A DNA stretch of 62,486 bases, filler included, from Clostridiaceae bacterium (lineage in GTDB: Bacteria > Bacillota > Clostridia > CAYPLH01 > DUMO01): assembly GCA_012839865.1 (NCBI GenBank). It is 7 parts of 6 records of this genome, joined end to end, with 100 filler letters (N's around TTAATTAATTAA, not from the genome) between each part and the next. Parts side by side here need not be neighbours in the genome. Positions count along the whole stretch, not along the records: positions 51,068 to 62,486 come from DUMO01000053.1; 6 more parts are not named here. One strand, written 5' to 3'. The first letter of the stretch is position 1. The number at the start of each line of letters is the position of its first letter. The position numbers and the translations under genes were made by a program. Positions 61,506 through 62,486 of the stretch are shown in pieces. The notes beneath the pieces are model-generated. The model did no database searches, was not told the origin of the DNA, and saw only the letters and a list, made by a program, of their open reading frames with translations.

Positions 61506-61733
61506 ATGTCGATAGTTTACAAAAAGTTATTTCATATACTCCTTGATAGAGGGATGAAGGATAGTGAGTTTGCAAAGAAGGCCGGTATTGCTGCAAGCAC
61601 TATGACAAAACTCCGCCAGGGGAAGACTGTTCAAACAGACATTATTGATAAGATCTGCAAGGCTTTGGACTGCCAACCAGGGAACATCATGGAACGTATT
61701 CCGGATGATGACGATATAATTGACTTTGGATAG
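61506..61733 (+). CDS. Cro/C1-type HTH regulator (YozG/HTH_26-like)
   Basis: GGAGGTG RBS, IVYKKLFHILLDRGM...TMTKL...IDKICKALDCQPGNIME. Confidence 0.92.
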   Translation: MSIVYKKLFHILLDRGMKDSEFAKKAGIAASTMTKLRQGKTVQTDIIDKICKALDCQPGNIMERIPDDDDIIDFG

Positions 61734-61741
61734 GTGATTTT

Positions 61742-61918
61742 ATGGTTTTATTATCAGAATATAGTGATTACTTGATCATCAATGAGAAGGGAATCGTGCT
61801 GGATCCTGGTGCACCGGATGAGATAAAAAATGAGGTTACAGACATTGACAATGAATACTTTAAGACCTATGGCCAGCACCTTATAAATGGCATTGCAGTT
61901 CCTAATCCTTTGGAATAA
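61742..61918 (+). CDS. Small hypothetical protein (58 aa)
   Basis: Not in the ORF track. AGGTG RBS, MVLLSEYSDYLIINEKGIVLDPGAPDEIKNEV... Confidence 0.6.
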   Translation: MVLLSEYSDYLIINEKGIVLDPGAPDEIKNEVTDIDNEYFKTYGQHLINGIAVPNPLE

Positions 61919-62114
61919 ACCTGACAAAACCTGACCTTCGCGCGCGTATAAGATAAAGGTGTATAGGATAAATGTTAGTAAATGTTAGCCTTCGCGCGCG
62001 TATATGATAGGCCGCTAAAAGGTTAAATCCTTGATCCCGGTTTAGTAAAAAAAGATGGAGTAAAAAAAGGATTAAGTAAAAAATGTCTAAACCCTAAATT
62101 AAGAGTTTAGACAT
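61917..62114. repeat. Cluster of direct and inverted repeats (origin-like)
   Basis: AAACCTGAC x2, CCTTCGCGCGCGTATA x2 (61935, 61989), AAATGTTAG x2, AGTAAAAAA x3, inverted repeat ATGTCTAAAC/GTTTAGACAT. Confidence 0.8.
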
Positions 62115-62232
62115 CAATTTTTTTCGGCCAAAACACAGCAAAAACAGTGTTTTAGGAAAATAAATATACCAGATGCATAAAGCCATGCAGAGGATCAGCA
62201 CAGGCCGAAAGAAAAATAAGAATGCCCTTCGG

Positions 62233-62484
62233 CTAATTAACCGAGGGGCAATTCATTATTTTTTGGTGTTGTGCCGGTATTCTTTTAATGCGATCTCCAA
62301 CTTCATCCTGAAGGGGATCTCCTGGAATTCTACACTGTTGCACCTTGACAGGTGTCTGGTCGCCTCCACCAGTTTTACCCCTTTCCGTATCAGGAGAGGA
62401 TAACATAGATACTTTTATATTTGAATCTATCCTATTTGGGTAGATTTTTATTTTGTCTATAAATGTCTCATTGACCTTGCGTTT
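62233..62484 (-). CDS. Probable C-terminus of a second large serine recombinase (runs off the window)
   Basis: Not in the ORF track. KRKVNETFIDKIKIYPNRIDSNIKV...GKTGGGDQ resembles LSR C-termini. Confidence 0.6.
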   Translation of the reverse strand, partial: KRKVNETFIDKIKIYPNRIDSNIKVSMLSSPDTERGKTGGGDQTPVKVQQCRIPGDPLQDEVGDRIKRIPAQHQKIMNCPSVN

Positions 62485-62486
62485 TA

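Noticed and set aside
61917..62114. CRISPR array
   Set aside because: Repeats are too short, heterogeneous and irregularly spaced, and there are no cas genes. No repeat-spacer array was seen anywhere in the window.
621..62403. Many short ORFs antisense to or overlapping long genes (for example 837..1262, 40686..41234, 41307..41846, 59415..59861, 62173..62403)
   Set aside because: Shadow frames of well-supported genes, with no RBS and no recognisable motifs.

Overview
Seven unordered contigs (1-7337, 7438-20848, 20949-25830, 25931-30587, 30688-40521, 40622-50967, 51068-62486) joined by artificial 100-bp linkers (44 N + TTAATTAATTAA + 44 N), so adjacency across linkers means nothing. The source looks like a low-GC, spore-forming, flagellated clostridial bacterium (spoVB, fliC-flaG-fliD-fliS, CtsR boxes, sigma-A and sigma-D promoters). 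Contents: a partly decayed sugar-use locus (solute-binding lipoprotein, LacI regulator, TIM-barrel isomerase with one in-frame amber codon, DUF6259-like lipoprotein, fucI); two c-di-GMP enzymes; hsp20; late flagellar genes; gdh, MATE, ldh, metY with an Rrf2 regulator; a nucleotidyltransferase-phosphomutase fusion beside a CBM25-like protein; tRNA-Leu(CAA); IS3 and IS66 remnants. The last contig looks like a degraded composite genomic island. It carries an XRE/DUF1492-like/sigma-like ICE regulatory module, an uncharacterised OmpR-family two-component regulon (ferritin-like lipoprotein, polyferredoxin, DUF2680) whose three promoters share an identically spaced box, and a small serine-recombinase element with a stand-alone MuF-like domain and origin-like repeats. 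Many genes are broken by internal deletions, frameshifts or single stops. No CRISPR array, rRNA or reverse transcriptase was seen. All family assignments are from motif recognition by eye; no database searches were run.
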